This document shows, piece after piece, positions 35,901 to 43,471 of a stretch of 64,000 nucleotides of DNA. A program made the translations under genes and the position numbers. How positions within the stretch are numbered: the first letter of the stretch is position 1; each line of letters begins with the position of its first letter. The DNA is taken from IMG/VR virus record IMGVR_UViG_3300027759_000063, positions 35,594 to 99,593 of that record, one strand, 5' to 3'. This DNA comes from a virus. Under the pieces are notes generated by a model. It did no database searches. It saw nothing but the letters and a program-made list of their open reading frames with translations, and was not told the DNA's origin.

Positions 35901-36323
35901 TGTTGAAGTATCCAACCAGTATGTGCCGTTGTTGGGATTGCCTGTAGGGCGGCTCAAACTGGCTGTGAGCTCAGTCAAGTCAATGTCCGCACGTTGAATA
36001 TAAGCGCGGTTTGTAACACCCAGTGACGAATACGCTGCCAACAAGCCGTACTCGTTGAGTTCATATCCGTTGATGGGAGTGCCAGTTGTGGTGTTGTAAA
36101 AGAATGGCACACCAAATGTGGCTGCCAAATCTCGCTGACTGGTGATAAGATACGTTTTATTTGCATTGGCAGCGGTGGTACCAGCTGCAACGCCAACGCC
36201 AGCTGCATCAGCTTTGTTCTGTGCTGTGGCAATTAAAAAATAGGGTACTGTGTTGACAGCGGAAGGGATATATTGACTCTCGTCAATTACTTGTACTTCT
36301 ACGCCTGGTGATGCTAGTGCCAT
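32991..36323 (-). CDS. 18: Tail sheath protein (expanded, 1110 aa)
   Basis: ALASPGVEV..IDES, PWLAPAGTRRG, INPI, GNKT, ALDRINVARL, FEPND, NNTP.RID, PVKAVEFIYI; TAAATA at 36349-36354. Confidence 0.95.
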   Translation of the reverse strand: MALASPGVEVQVIDESQYIPSAVNTVPYFLIATAQNKADAAGVGVAAGTTAANANKTYLITSQRDLAATFGVPFFYNTTTGTPINGYELNEYGLLAAYSSLGVTNRAYIQRADIDLTELTASLSRPTGNPNNGTYWLDTSTSVWGIQEWNQTSATFTTITPIVITDTSLVVNYAGGNYTPLSTVGSIGDYAVSAVALTNPGYYKNSSNTWVFLGSDAWKTSWPAVVGTTTPASLTVGSTLFLNGTLVTVPASPNNTVTGFAAAINTAAVTGVTAANVGGSLALFVSSLATNDGSTASGGVVSVLPGPNAGTALLTALGIANDEYRAPNYFPGYSYQAPRWRSTDTAPEPTGSVWQNLSSANDGMSLKVKVYSAALDTFVSQTSGVYLNDAAALYALDPTGGGKNIPVGTTYVQYNAAISTTAPNSNSTFKIFERAVLGATIVTGTTTPTGAAFVPGNSFYAYSTQAGTAAVGDQYTVTIGGTGTVSDFITAVSLANIPYVSASVSSAGNIVLSHSQGGTITVGPNVGTPLTTAGFTTATTYVSANSNGGGYLDLSNWVSDPTFTYTASATSPDQNPADGRLWYYSSVSDVDIMIQDNGTWQGYQNVTNDVRGFDLSLTNAAGPIIAATAPTTQTNTAESALELGDLWVDTSDLENYPKLYRWEQVNGTEQWVAVDTTDQVTQNGILFTDARWGTSGAINPVSDTIPTIESLLTSDYLDLDAPDPALYPQGMLLFNTRRSGYNVKAFTTNYFTANNYPDAGAYNPAAPTNTANLPEYSFTWVTTSGNKANGSMYAGRQAQRALVVKAMKAGIDTSLAAREEQNQFNLIAAPAYPELATNMVALSNERANTLFVVGDTPMRLAANGTDLVTYATDNGGLGLPTGDGLTIGSAYAAVFYPSCQTTDLSGNTVVAPPSHMMMRTILRSDAVSYPWLAPAGTRRGVIDNATAIGYIEATTGEFVQTAIGQGLRDVLYSNNINPITFIPGVGITNFGNKTRQGATTALDRINVARLICFLRGRLEEIGKLYLFEPNDQITRNEIANTANSLMIDLVAKRAIYDYLVVCDLSNNTPARIDANELWMDVAIEPVKAVEFIYIPLRIKNTGEIAGGTAG

Positions 36324-36419
36324 GATTGGTTCCTTTTCAAGTTATTGATATTTATTGGTATACCTAAAAAAACCCAGTTTACAGCGCCCTTTGGCAAAGG
36401 TCCAGGTGCTAAATACCCC

Positions 36420-36764
36420 ATGAGACCCGTATGTAAAGCCTGCAATCAACGGCCTTGTGCTGTGAATTATATTCGTGAAGACGTCACACACTATCGCAGT
36501 AAATGCGAAACTTGTCAGCGTCGAGGACGTGGAATCAAACCCAGGGAACCGCGTTGGAAATCCTCAGGGTACAAGAAAAAACCCGCATGTGATAGGTGCG
36601 GGTTTCGAGCAAGATTTGCCAGTCAGTTGTTGGTGTATCACATTGACGGAGATCTCAACAACACCACACTAAAAAACCTAAAAACAATTTGTAGGAATTG
36701 TGTGGAAGAGATTGCTCGCACAGAAGTTACTTGGCGGGCGGGCGATCTTGAACCAGACGCTTGA
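36420..36764 (+). CDS. Zinc-finger/HNH-like protein
   Basis: CxxC pairs, HIDGDLNN...NLKTICRNC; start re-called to MRPVCK after TAAATA-CCCC (36410). Confidence 0.7.
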   Translation: MRPVCKACNQRPCAVNYIREDVTHYRSKCETCQRRGRGIKPREPRWKSSGYKKKPACDRCGFRARFASQLLVYHIDGDLNNTTLKNLKTICRNCVEEIARTEVTWRAGDLEPDA

Positions 36765-37377
36765 CTTGTTGATACAAGTCATCTAGTGTGCCATTGTTGT
36801 CCAGCACTGAGTTGAATTTCGTTCCAACCCAAGAAGTTTCTGATGCATGTACGCCCAGTTGTTCTAGTCGGCGTCCGCTCAATGCCCAGGTTGAGTTGCC
36901 GTTGGGCCCACGATTTACACTCACAGCCGCATCATACCACTCGGGTTCAGGACCACGTACCACACGCACCACAATACCACCTGCTTGTTTGATGGCTTTA
37001 ATTTCGTTGGGAAATCTGCAATCGCTTATGACAACATCATCTTTTGAATTGCGCAGTTTGTTTTCCAAGCTGGCAATCCAAATATCATCGTGAAAGTTTT
37101 TGCGACAAACTTCTGTGCCCCATTGTTGTAAAATAAAACGTGGGGTCAAGTGCGGTATGCCCAGTCGTTGAGCCCACCAAGGATCCACTTGCTCGCGCCA
37201 TTCACGGGCTTGTTTAGTACGCCCTTCCAGCATCATTCTGTCCCAACCAAACACCTGTGCCACAGCATCTTTCAGTGTGTTGGCAAAACTTTCTCTGCGA
37301 AAATGATGCAGATTCACAAGATAGTCTGCAATGGTATCTTTACCTGATCCAATAAATCCGCAAACGCCAATGATCAT
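36727..37377 (-). CDS. 1: Deoxynucleoside monophosphate kinase
   Basis: GFIGSGKDT, SFA..LKD, TPR..LQ.WGTE, ISDCRFPNE, HASE. Confidence 0.9.
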   Translation of the reverse strand: MIIGVCGFIGSGKDTIADYLVNLHHFRRESFANTLKDAVAQVFGWDRMMLEGRTKQAREWREQVDPWWAQRLGIPHLTPRFILQQWGTEVCRKNFHDDIWIASLENKLRNSKDDVVISDCRFPNEIKAIKQAGGIVVRVVRGPEPEWYDAAVSVNRGPNGNSTWALSGRRLEQLGVHASETSWVGTKFNSVLDNNGTLDDLYQQVKRLVQDRPPAK

Positions 37378-37892
37378 GACAGTTCCTTGATATCTAAGTG
37401 TTTCAAGGTTGCTTGCAACATGTCAATTTGTCTGCGACAGTCTTCCAGCGCATGATGGCTGGTCGGCGGCCTAGGCAACCCTGGATACAAACTGTATATT
37501 GTTCGAGCATCACGAATCTTGTAATACTGCCAGGGCAAGGGTTTGTTGTAGCTTTTGTAGGCATGCTCCAAGATATTAGCATCGTATGTGGGACCGTTCA
37601 TCCAGATGCGGTTGCACTTCCAGCATAACTTATGAAGTTCGTCTAGTGCTTGGTCTAGTGGTATACGCCCATCTTCTGCGAAGGCTTCGTCCTGTGCAGC
37701 ACCTTGAAGAGCCCACCAGTTGATGGTGCCTTGTTCAATGGTACGAGTCTCTTGACTCTCTAGATCAACTCGAGCATAGTATTGTTGCTGGTAGTAGCCT
37801 GTGCCAAGAGGATCAAATGCCTGAGCTGCAATGGTTAAAATTGTTGCTTCAGGGCCTGTTGCCAAACCTTCAATGTCGATCATCAAGTCCAT
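37374..37892 (-). CDS. DEDDh 3'-5' exonuclease (DexA/Rv2179c-like)
   Basis: MIDIE, TINWW, W.NGPTYD..IL, RD.RT, HHALED. Confidence 0.85.
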   Translation of the reverse strand: MDLMIDIEGLATGPEATILTIAAQAFDPLGTGYYQQQYYARVDLESQETRTIEQGTINWWALQGAAQDEAFAEDGRIPLDQALDELHKLCWKCNRIWMNGPTYDANILEHAYKSYNKPLPWQYYKIRDARTIYSLYPGLPRPPTSHHALEDCRRQIDMLQATLKHLDIKELS

Positions 37893-37897
37893 GCTTG

Positions 37898-37906
37898 ATT
37901 ATAGCA
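37898..37906 (-). promoter_or_regulatory. Extended -10 promoter, leaderless
   Basis: TGCTATAAT-CAAGC-ATG(37892). Confidence 0.6.
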
Positions 37907-37932
37907 CAATTTTAGATAAAAGTACAAGTAGT

Positions 37933-38703
37933 TTAGCCAATAACAAATGTAAGAGGCTGTGAGCCGTCCACATACATTTTGAGTTGTTCAATCAGGCCAT
38001 CCATTTGTGTCTGTGCTTCGGATTTCATGGCAGTGCCATTTAGGCTGCCGCCGCCCTGCGGTCCAGCAATGGTGCCAAATTTCTCACGTGCTTCGCCAAT
38101 GATCATTTTGCAGTTGGCCACCATGTAATCGCGGATCCACTGCGATATCTGATAATCATTCAGCAGATTGAATTCAGGTTTTAGATTGTAACTCCACAAC
38201 AACACAGTTTCACCCGAGCCCTTGGGATCACGGATCAGTTGCAATTTTTTGGTAACTGGATTCCAGGTGTAGTTCATGTAGGCACCGAACATACGCCCAG
38301 CCAGTTCAATATACTGACTGTAGAAGTCGTAGGTGGCCAGGCCACCTGCCACGTTGAAGTTCATCAGGTACACGTTGATACTTGCCTGTGCAAACGGATC
38401 AAAGTTTGAGGCAAATGGTCCCGAACTGTCACCAAATGTTCTGCGGAATATTTGACGTACACTCACCACTTCCTGGGGCAGTTCGTATATATTGACATCT
38501 GCTACCAACTGCATGAAGCTGTAGCTTTCTTCATAGGCATTGTTGGCTCGTTGGCGGTATGTGCCAATGGTCTTTTGATAAGCCGCTTCGTAGTGTGAGG
38601 GGTCTAGTTCTAGGTCAATGATGTCACCGCCTAACTGAAGCTTGACATACTCTATCAAGTTTTGCTTCAGTGTGGGCAGTGATTGTTGTTGCTGTTCTGG
38701 CAT
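37933..38703 (-). CDS. 13: Neck protein (gp13-like)
   Basis: L.EYVKLQLG..IIDLEL, WIRDY..A.CK..IGEAREKF..IAGPQGG.SLNG, P..FVIG; start re-called to MPEQQ. Confidence 0.85.
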   Translation of the reverse strand: MPEQQQQSLPTLKQNLIEYVKLQLGGDIIDLELDPSHYEAAYQKTIGTYRQRANNAYEESYSFMQLVADVNIYELPQEVVSVRQIFRRTFGDSSGPFASNFDPFAQASINVYLMNFNVAGGLATYDFYSQYIELAGRMFGAYMNYTWNPVTKKLQLIRDPKGSGETVLLWSYNLKPEFNLLNDYQISQWIRDYMVANCKMIIGEAREKFGTIAGPQGGGSLNGTAMKSEAQTQMDGLIEQLKMYVDGSQPLTFVIG

Positions 38704-38705
38704 GT

Positions 38706-38728
38706 GGGACTCCAAGTCCCTGTATTTA
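38706..38728 (-). promoter_or_regulatory. Late promoter plus RBS-sequestering hairpin
   Basis: TAAATA-CA-GGGACT-TGG-AGTCCC-AC-ATG; the GGAG lies in the loop/3' arm. Confidence 0.65.
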
Positions 38729-39865
38729 CCAGGCCTTGAGTATGACCAAGTTCTCAGTTCCGCGTCCGTTGAACGGTGTTTCTGTTGTGGTAAGATCCTT
38801 GTAGATCTTACGTGCTGCCGGCTTGCCTGCGGCCTGCACAGCCTTTACAACATCTGCTGGCTTGCGCACAGTTTTTTGCATGGTCTCAACAGTGCTGAAA
38901 CCAATGATGCTGTTGCTTTTGACAGTGAATGCCTGTGTGTGGCTGTCAGCCACAAGATGGATCAACTTGCGCTTTTTGGTGTCGTATAACCAGGCTTCGG
39001 CTTTGTCCACTAGACTTGCGGCTGGCAAGCCCTTGAGCTTGAGTTCGGCAAATTCCATTAGCACCTTGAACTTTGCCGCACGTTTTTCAGGGCTCACTGC
39101 CTTGACCTTGCGTGGTTTGCGTTCCACTTTTTTAATTTGCACATATGCGCCACAGTCATTTATGACCGCTTCGCAAAACTTCACAAGATTGCGCATTTGA
39201 ATTTTGGTGAGATGACTGTAGCCCTCAACCAGTTGTGCATCTTTGCCTTCAATTACAGTTTCAAACTCTGCAAGTTTGTGTTTCCAGATGTCGGCAATGT
39301 TGGAGATCATTTGCGGAGCCACATTCATGCCACGGATAACTGTGATGGGCTTGTAGTCTGCTGACATTTTAGCACCGTTAACCAGGAACTCGTCAAACAT
39401 GCCGTCCAGTTCGCCTGCACACTCTGATACCTTTTCACGCAGGCGATCTTGGATATTGGGTCGTGCAGGTTCGTCTTCTGCAACCGCTTCCACCACGGCT
39501 TGTTGTTTTAGAGCCAGCAATTCTGAAATCAATGTTTGTAATTTGATTTCTTCTTGTGCTGTCAAGTCCAGGCCCATCATCTGCATGCGGCACAACCAGC
39601 CTGTGGTGAGTCGCATTTGTGAGTCTGGTAGGGTGCGGATTTGTCGGGCCTCTTTTGTGCGATTGTGTGCATCCAAATATGCCGCCACCATGTCCTTGGC
39701 TTCTTTCTTGCCGTAGAAGTAATTATACCAGCCAAACGCATAACTCATTGTGCTAACACGATTATCCTCTGTGGGCTGAGTTTTCCATGCAGGCTCAAGC
39801 CCAACATACTTGGTGTCGGCGCTTTTGGGATTCATGGGTCGTAATGCTGTGCGGGTTGCATTCAT
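38726..39865 (-). CDS. Early hypothetical protein (379 aa)
   Basis: Start re-called to MNATRT after AGGAGCCCAC; basic C-terminal domain. Confidence 0.8.
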   Translation of the reverse strand: MNATRTALRPMNPKSADTKYVGLEPAWKTQPTEDNRVSTMSYAFGWYNYFYGKKEAKDMVAAYLDAHNRTKEARQIRTLPDSQMRLTTGWLCRMQMMGLDLTAQEEIKLQTLISELLALKQQAVVEAVAEDEPARPNIQDRLREKVSECAGELDGMFDEFLVNGAKMSADYKPITVIRGMNVAPQMISNIADIWKHKLAEFETVIEGKDAQLVEGYSHLTKIQMRNLVKFCEAVINDCGAYVQIKKVERKPRKVKAVSPEKRAAKFKVLMEFAELKLKGLPAASLVDKAEAWLYDTKKRKLIHLVADSHTQAFTVKSNSIIGFSTVETMQKTVRKPADVVKAVQAAGKPAARKIYKDLTTTETPFNGRGTENLVILKAW

Positions 39866-39890
39866 GTGGGCTCCTGGTAAATTATAGTTA

Positions 39891-39919
39891 ATTATAGCAG
39901 AAACAGAATTATTGGGCAA
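39891..39919 (-). promoter_or_regulatory. Early promoter repeat, copy 5
   Basis: TTGCCC-aataattctgtttctgc(17)-TATAAT. Confidence 0.8.
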
Positions 39920-39924
39920 GCCCA

Positions 39925-39940
39925 AAGCCCTTTCGGGCTC
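39925..39940 (-). terminator. Short GC hairpin with GAAA loop
   Basis: GAGCCC-GAAA-GGGCTTT after the 39947 stop. Confidence 0.5.
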
Positions 39941-39946
39941 AGGGTT

Positions 39947-40216
39947 TTAGAACACATGCCCTTTAAATTGCTCGTAATCATAAAATGCAACCAAAGTACT
40001 ACCACGGAAAAATACTGTGAGCCCACCCAAGTCCTCACGCACATCTGCCCCAGTCGTCTCTGCAATAAAGTCCGTAGCACGAGTCTCAAGTGCTTCCATC
40101 AAGTCATCACCGGTGGCGTTGTAACTGGCAAGAGCCTCTGCTTCATAGTTAATACTATAGTTTGGCGCTACGCTGTTGATCATCTCATCATGCAAATCGG
40201 TAACTAAATCACTCAT
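39947..40216 (-). CDS. Small acidic early hypothetical protein (89 aa)
   Basis: Start re-called to MSDLVT after AGGAGCCAGCA. Confidence 0.75.
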   Translation of the reverse strand: MSDLVTDLHDEMINSVAPNYSINYEAEALASYNATGDDLMEALETRATDFIAETTGADVREDLGGLTVFFRGSTLVAFYDYEQFKGHVF

Positions 40217-40243
40217 TGCTGGCTCCTTTGTTGTTAAGTCCAT

Positions 40244-40272
40244 ATTATAGCATTTTGGGCATTATTGGTCAA
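40244..40272 (-). promoter_or_regulatory. Early promoter repeat, copy 6
   Basis: TTGACC-aataatgcccaaaatgc(17)-TATAAT. Confidence 0.85.
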
Positions 40273-40296
40273 CCGGACACAACCCATCAATTCTGC

Positions 40297-40304
40297 TATA
40301 AATA
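40297..40304 (+). promoter_or_regulatory. T4 late promoter consensus, leaderless
   Basis: TATAAATA-CGCT-ATG(40309). Confidence 0.75.
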
Positions 40305-40308
40305 CGCT

Positions 40309-41649
40309 ATGCCAAGATTATCACTCTATAGACCCAATCGAACTCGCGATTACCAATTCCTGGACCGCACCATACGCGAAATGTACACTGTGGGTGGTCT
40401 TGACATTTATATTCATCGCTATCTGGGCCCACAGGCAGGTGGCAATGATTCGGCATTTAGTGGCAACTTTGATGCCACACAACCCACCTATGCAGATGTG
40501 GATGTGCTGAACATTCAAGACTTGCTGTTGTTGGAAAACCGTGATAGAATTTATGACCCCGACGTATATGTCATGCGAGGTGTGTACAACACACAGGACG
40601 TGGATTTTGATCTAACACAATTTGGCCTGTTCCTAAACAATGACACCATATTCATGACCTTTCACTACAACACCATGATTGACACATTTGGGCGCAAGCT
40701 CATGAACGGTGATGTAATAGAGATTCCCAACCTAACAGATTACCATCCTCTCAACAAAGAAATTTCGCGAGCACTGCCCAGATATTATGTAATCCAAGAT
40801 GCTGACTTTGCGTCAGAAGGTTTCTCACAAACTTGGTTGCCTCACTTGTGGCGTGTGAAATGCACCCCAATGAAGGATCAACAGGAGTTCAACCAGATTA
40901 CCAACAAACCGTTTGTGGCAGAAAACATCTGGGATCCAGGCAACTTCTACCCCACAGGTAGCATTGTTAACTACGGTGATACCTATTATCAAGCACAAAG
41001 CAATGTGCCTGCTGATACTGCCATTACCAATACCAACTTTTGGGCTCCGTACACACCGCCTACCATCAGTGATGTACAAGGCACACGTGAAAAAGATTAC
41101 GAAATCAATGATGCTATCTTGGCACAAGCAGATGCAGAAGTGCCTCTGTCGGGCTACGACAACACCACGTTCTACATTGAGCCCACCACAACCACAGGTG
41201 GCCCTGCCAATCCTACCAGTTTGACTGCTGACGAAGGTCTCACAGTGGATGGCACCCAAGGTGGCATGAACGTTACCCCGTCTGGAGAAGGCTATGCTGC
41301 CGGCTATCTCACTGGCGGTGGCGCAGCACCCAATGGCTTGCCAGTTACTCCTGCTGTGAACTTCCCGCCAAACCCGGTGGCAGGTGCTTATGTGTTACGC
41401 TTGGACTACAAACCCAATCGCTTGTTCCGCTATGATGGCGCACGTTGGGTCAAGGTTGATGACAAGGTACGTACCAATCTCAACAACGACCCAACAAATA
41501 AAACATTGCGCAGCGGCTTCGTAAATAACACTGCTACTGTCAATACCAAAGACTTGGGCAATATTCCAAGTCGTCAAAGTTTGAGCGAAATTCTTCGTCC
41601 CCGAGCAGACAATGGTGATCAAGGTGGCTTCTTACCGCCAGGAACATAA
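40309..41649 (+). CDS. Neck/head-closure protein (gp14-like) with CBM5/12-like insert
   Basis: DLTQFGLFL.ND, G.KLM.GDVIEIP; insert W.PGNFYPTGSIVNYGDTYYQA...W; precedes the gp15-like gene. Start re-called to MPRLSL. Confidence 0.65.
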   Translation: MPRLSLYRPNRTRDYQFLDRTIREMYTVGGLDIYIHRYLGPQAGGNDSAFSGNFDATQPTYADVDVLNIQDLLLLENRDRIYDPDVYVMRGVYNTQDVDFDLTQFGLFLNNDTIFMTFHYNTMIDTFGRKLMNGDVIEIPNLTDYHPLNKEISRALPRYYVIQDADFASEGFSQTWLPHLWRVKCTPMKDQQEFNQITNKPFVAENIWDPGNFYPTGSIVNYGDTYYQAQSNVPADTAITNTNFWAPYTPPTISDVQGTREKDYEINDAILAQADAEVPLSGYDNTTFYIEPTTTTGGPANPTSLTADEGLTVDGTQGGMNVTPSGEGYAAGYLTGGGAAPNGLPVTPAVNFPPNPVAGAYVLRLDYKPNRLFRYDGARWVKVDDKVRTNLNNDPTNKTLRSGFVNNTATVNTKDLGNIPSRQSLSEILRPRADNGDQGGFLPPGT

Positions 41650-43049
41650 TGCAACAATTTTTTTATGACGAACAGATACGCAGATTCTTGTTGCAGTTCA
41701 CAAGAATCTTTTCAGGTTTTCAAGTGGAATATGCCAACGAAAACGACGGAGTAAATGCTGCCGCATTGTTGAGGGTTCCTGTGCGCTATGGTGACGCTAG
41801 TCGTAATGCACAAACCATCATACAAGAAAACTCACGCAACAGTTTGCCGTCAACTCCGTTGATGACTTTTTACATAACTGGCTTGGACTATGAACAAAGT
41901 CGCATGCAAGATCCTTACTTTGTGAGCAAGATCAATGTGCGTCAACAAACTTACGATCCTGCCACAGAAACTTATGAATCTACACAGGGCAATGCATTCA
42001 CCATTGCACGATTGATGCCTGTGCCATTCAAACTCACCATTAACTTGGACATATGGACGTCCAACACCAATCAAAAGTTGCAGTTGTTAGAACAAGTTCT
42101 CACACTGTTCAATCCCAGTTTGGAAATTCAAAGCACAGACAACTACATTGACTGGACCAGTTTGAGTGTGATGTACTTGGATCGTACATCGTGGACCAGT
42201 CGTACTATTCCCATTGGCACAGACAATCCTATTGATGTAGCTACCTTGACATTCAGCATGCCTATCTGGATATCACCGCCTGCCAAGGTGTTGAAACTGG
42301 GTGTGGTTGAACGTGTGATTGCTTCAATGTATGATTCTCAAGGCGACTTGAACAACGCCATTGACAATGAAGACCTGCTAATGGGCACTAGACAAGTTAT
42401 CACACCATTCAACTGGGCTGTTGTGTTGATTGGCAACAAACTACAGTGCTTGCAACAACAATATCTAGCACAAGAACCCAGTAATGACAGCATCGCAGCC
42501 ACAGAAATTGTGCCTGACAGCAACCTGTTGTGGCCAACAGTGATCGATTTGTACGGATCATTACGTCCAGGTATCAGTCAAATACGTTTGATACAGCCCG
42601 ACGAAACTGAAGTTGTGGGCACTGTTGCATTAGATCCCAACGATGACAGATTCTTGTTGTTTGATGTGGACATTGATTCCACTCCGCAAAACACCTTGTC
42701 TCCTATTGACGCTGTGATCAATCCTCTAACTGCTGGTCCACAGGATGGCCTGGACTCGGCCATTGAAGGACAACGATACTTGTTGACCGAAGACACAGGA
42801 TCCTTGGACAATTCCAATCCTGCCAGTTCTTGGGTTGGTGCCAATGGTCGTGGACTTGTGGCAAAGGCCAACGATATTATTCAATACTCAAACAACTACT
42901 GGCGTGTGGTCTTTATTTCCTCTACACAACCAGCTGATCAATATGTCACCAACATCACCACAGGATTACAGTATCGATGGACCGGTGAGGCCTGGGTCAA
43001 GAGTTATCAAGGTGCGTATCCAGGAGGTACCTGGAGAATTGTGCTGTGA
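41649..43049 (+). CDS. 15: Tail terminator / sheath stabiliser (gp15-like)
   Basis: FFYDEQIRR...F..IFS, VPVRYG, MPVPF.L...L.IW......Q..EQ...LFNP, LTF.MPIWI.PP. Confidence 0.85.
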   Translation: MQQFFYDEQIRRFLLQFTRIFSGFQVEYANENDGVNAAALLRVPVRYGDASRNAQTIIQENSRNSLPSTPLMTFYITGLDYEQSRMQDPYFVSKINVRQQTYDPATETYESTQGNAFTIARLMPVPFKLTINLDIWTSNTNQKLQLLEQVLTLFNPSLEIQSTDNYIDWTSLSVMYLDRTSWTSRTIPIGTDNPIDVATLTFSMPIWISPPAKVLKLGVVERVIASMYDSQGDLNNAIDNEDLLMGTRQVITPFNWAVVLIGNKLQCLQQQYLAQEPSNDSIAATEIVPDSNLLWPTVIDLYGSLRPGISQIRLIQPDETEVVGTVALDPNDDRFLLFDVDIDSTPQNTLSPIDAVINPLTAGPQDGLDSAIEGQRYLLTEDTGSLDNSNPASSWVGANGRGLVAKANDIIQYSNNYWRVVFISSTQPADQYVTNITTGLQYRWTGEAWVKSYQGAYPGGTWRIVL

Positions 43050-43471
43050 AAGCTGTGGGAGTTTGGTTTCGTAGCAGTGCCACAGGACGCTACCTGTACT
43101 TGCTACGCAACGACACACGACATCCAGGATCCTGGGGACTGCCTGGTGGCAAAGTAGAAACAGGTGAAACCTTGCTGGGTGCCATGGAACGTGAGTGCAT
43201 CGAAGAACTGGGTAACATGCCCGAGTATCAACGCCTGGTTCCACTAGAAAAATTTACATCATCCGACGCACAATTTGAATACAACACCTGGGTGTGTGTT
43301 GTCACAGATGAATTTGTGCCGGTGCTGAACGATGAACACATGGGCTATGCCTGGATTGATCGTGGTCAATGGCCCAGACCCATGCATCCTGGCTTGTGGT
43401 CAACTGTGAACATTGAGGCAGTACAAAGCAAGATAGACACTGTGGAGCGGTATCTTGCTGCTGGCGTTTAA
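43046..43471 (+). CDS. NUDIX hydrolase
   Basis: Canonical box GGKVETGETLLGAMERECIEELG. Confidence 0.9.
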   Translation: MKAVGVWFRSSATGRYLYLLRNDTRHPGSWGLPGGKVETGETLLGAMERECIEELGNMPEYQRLVPLEKFTSSDAQFEYNTWVCVVTDEFVPVLNDEHMGYAWIDRGQWPRPMHPGLWSTVNIEAVQSKIDTVERYLAAGV

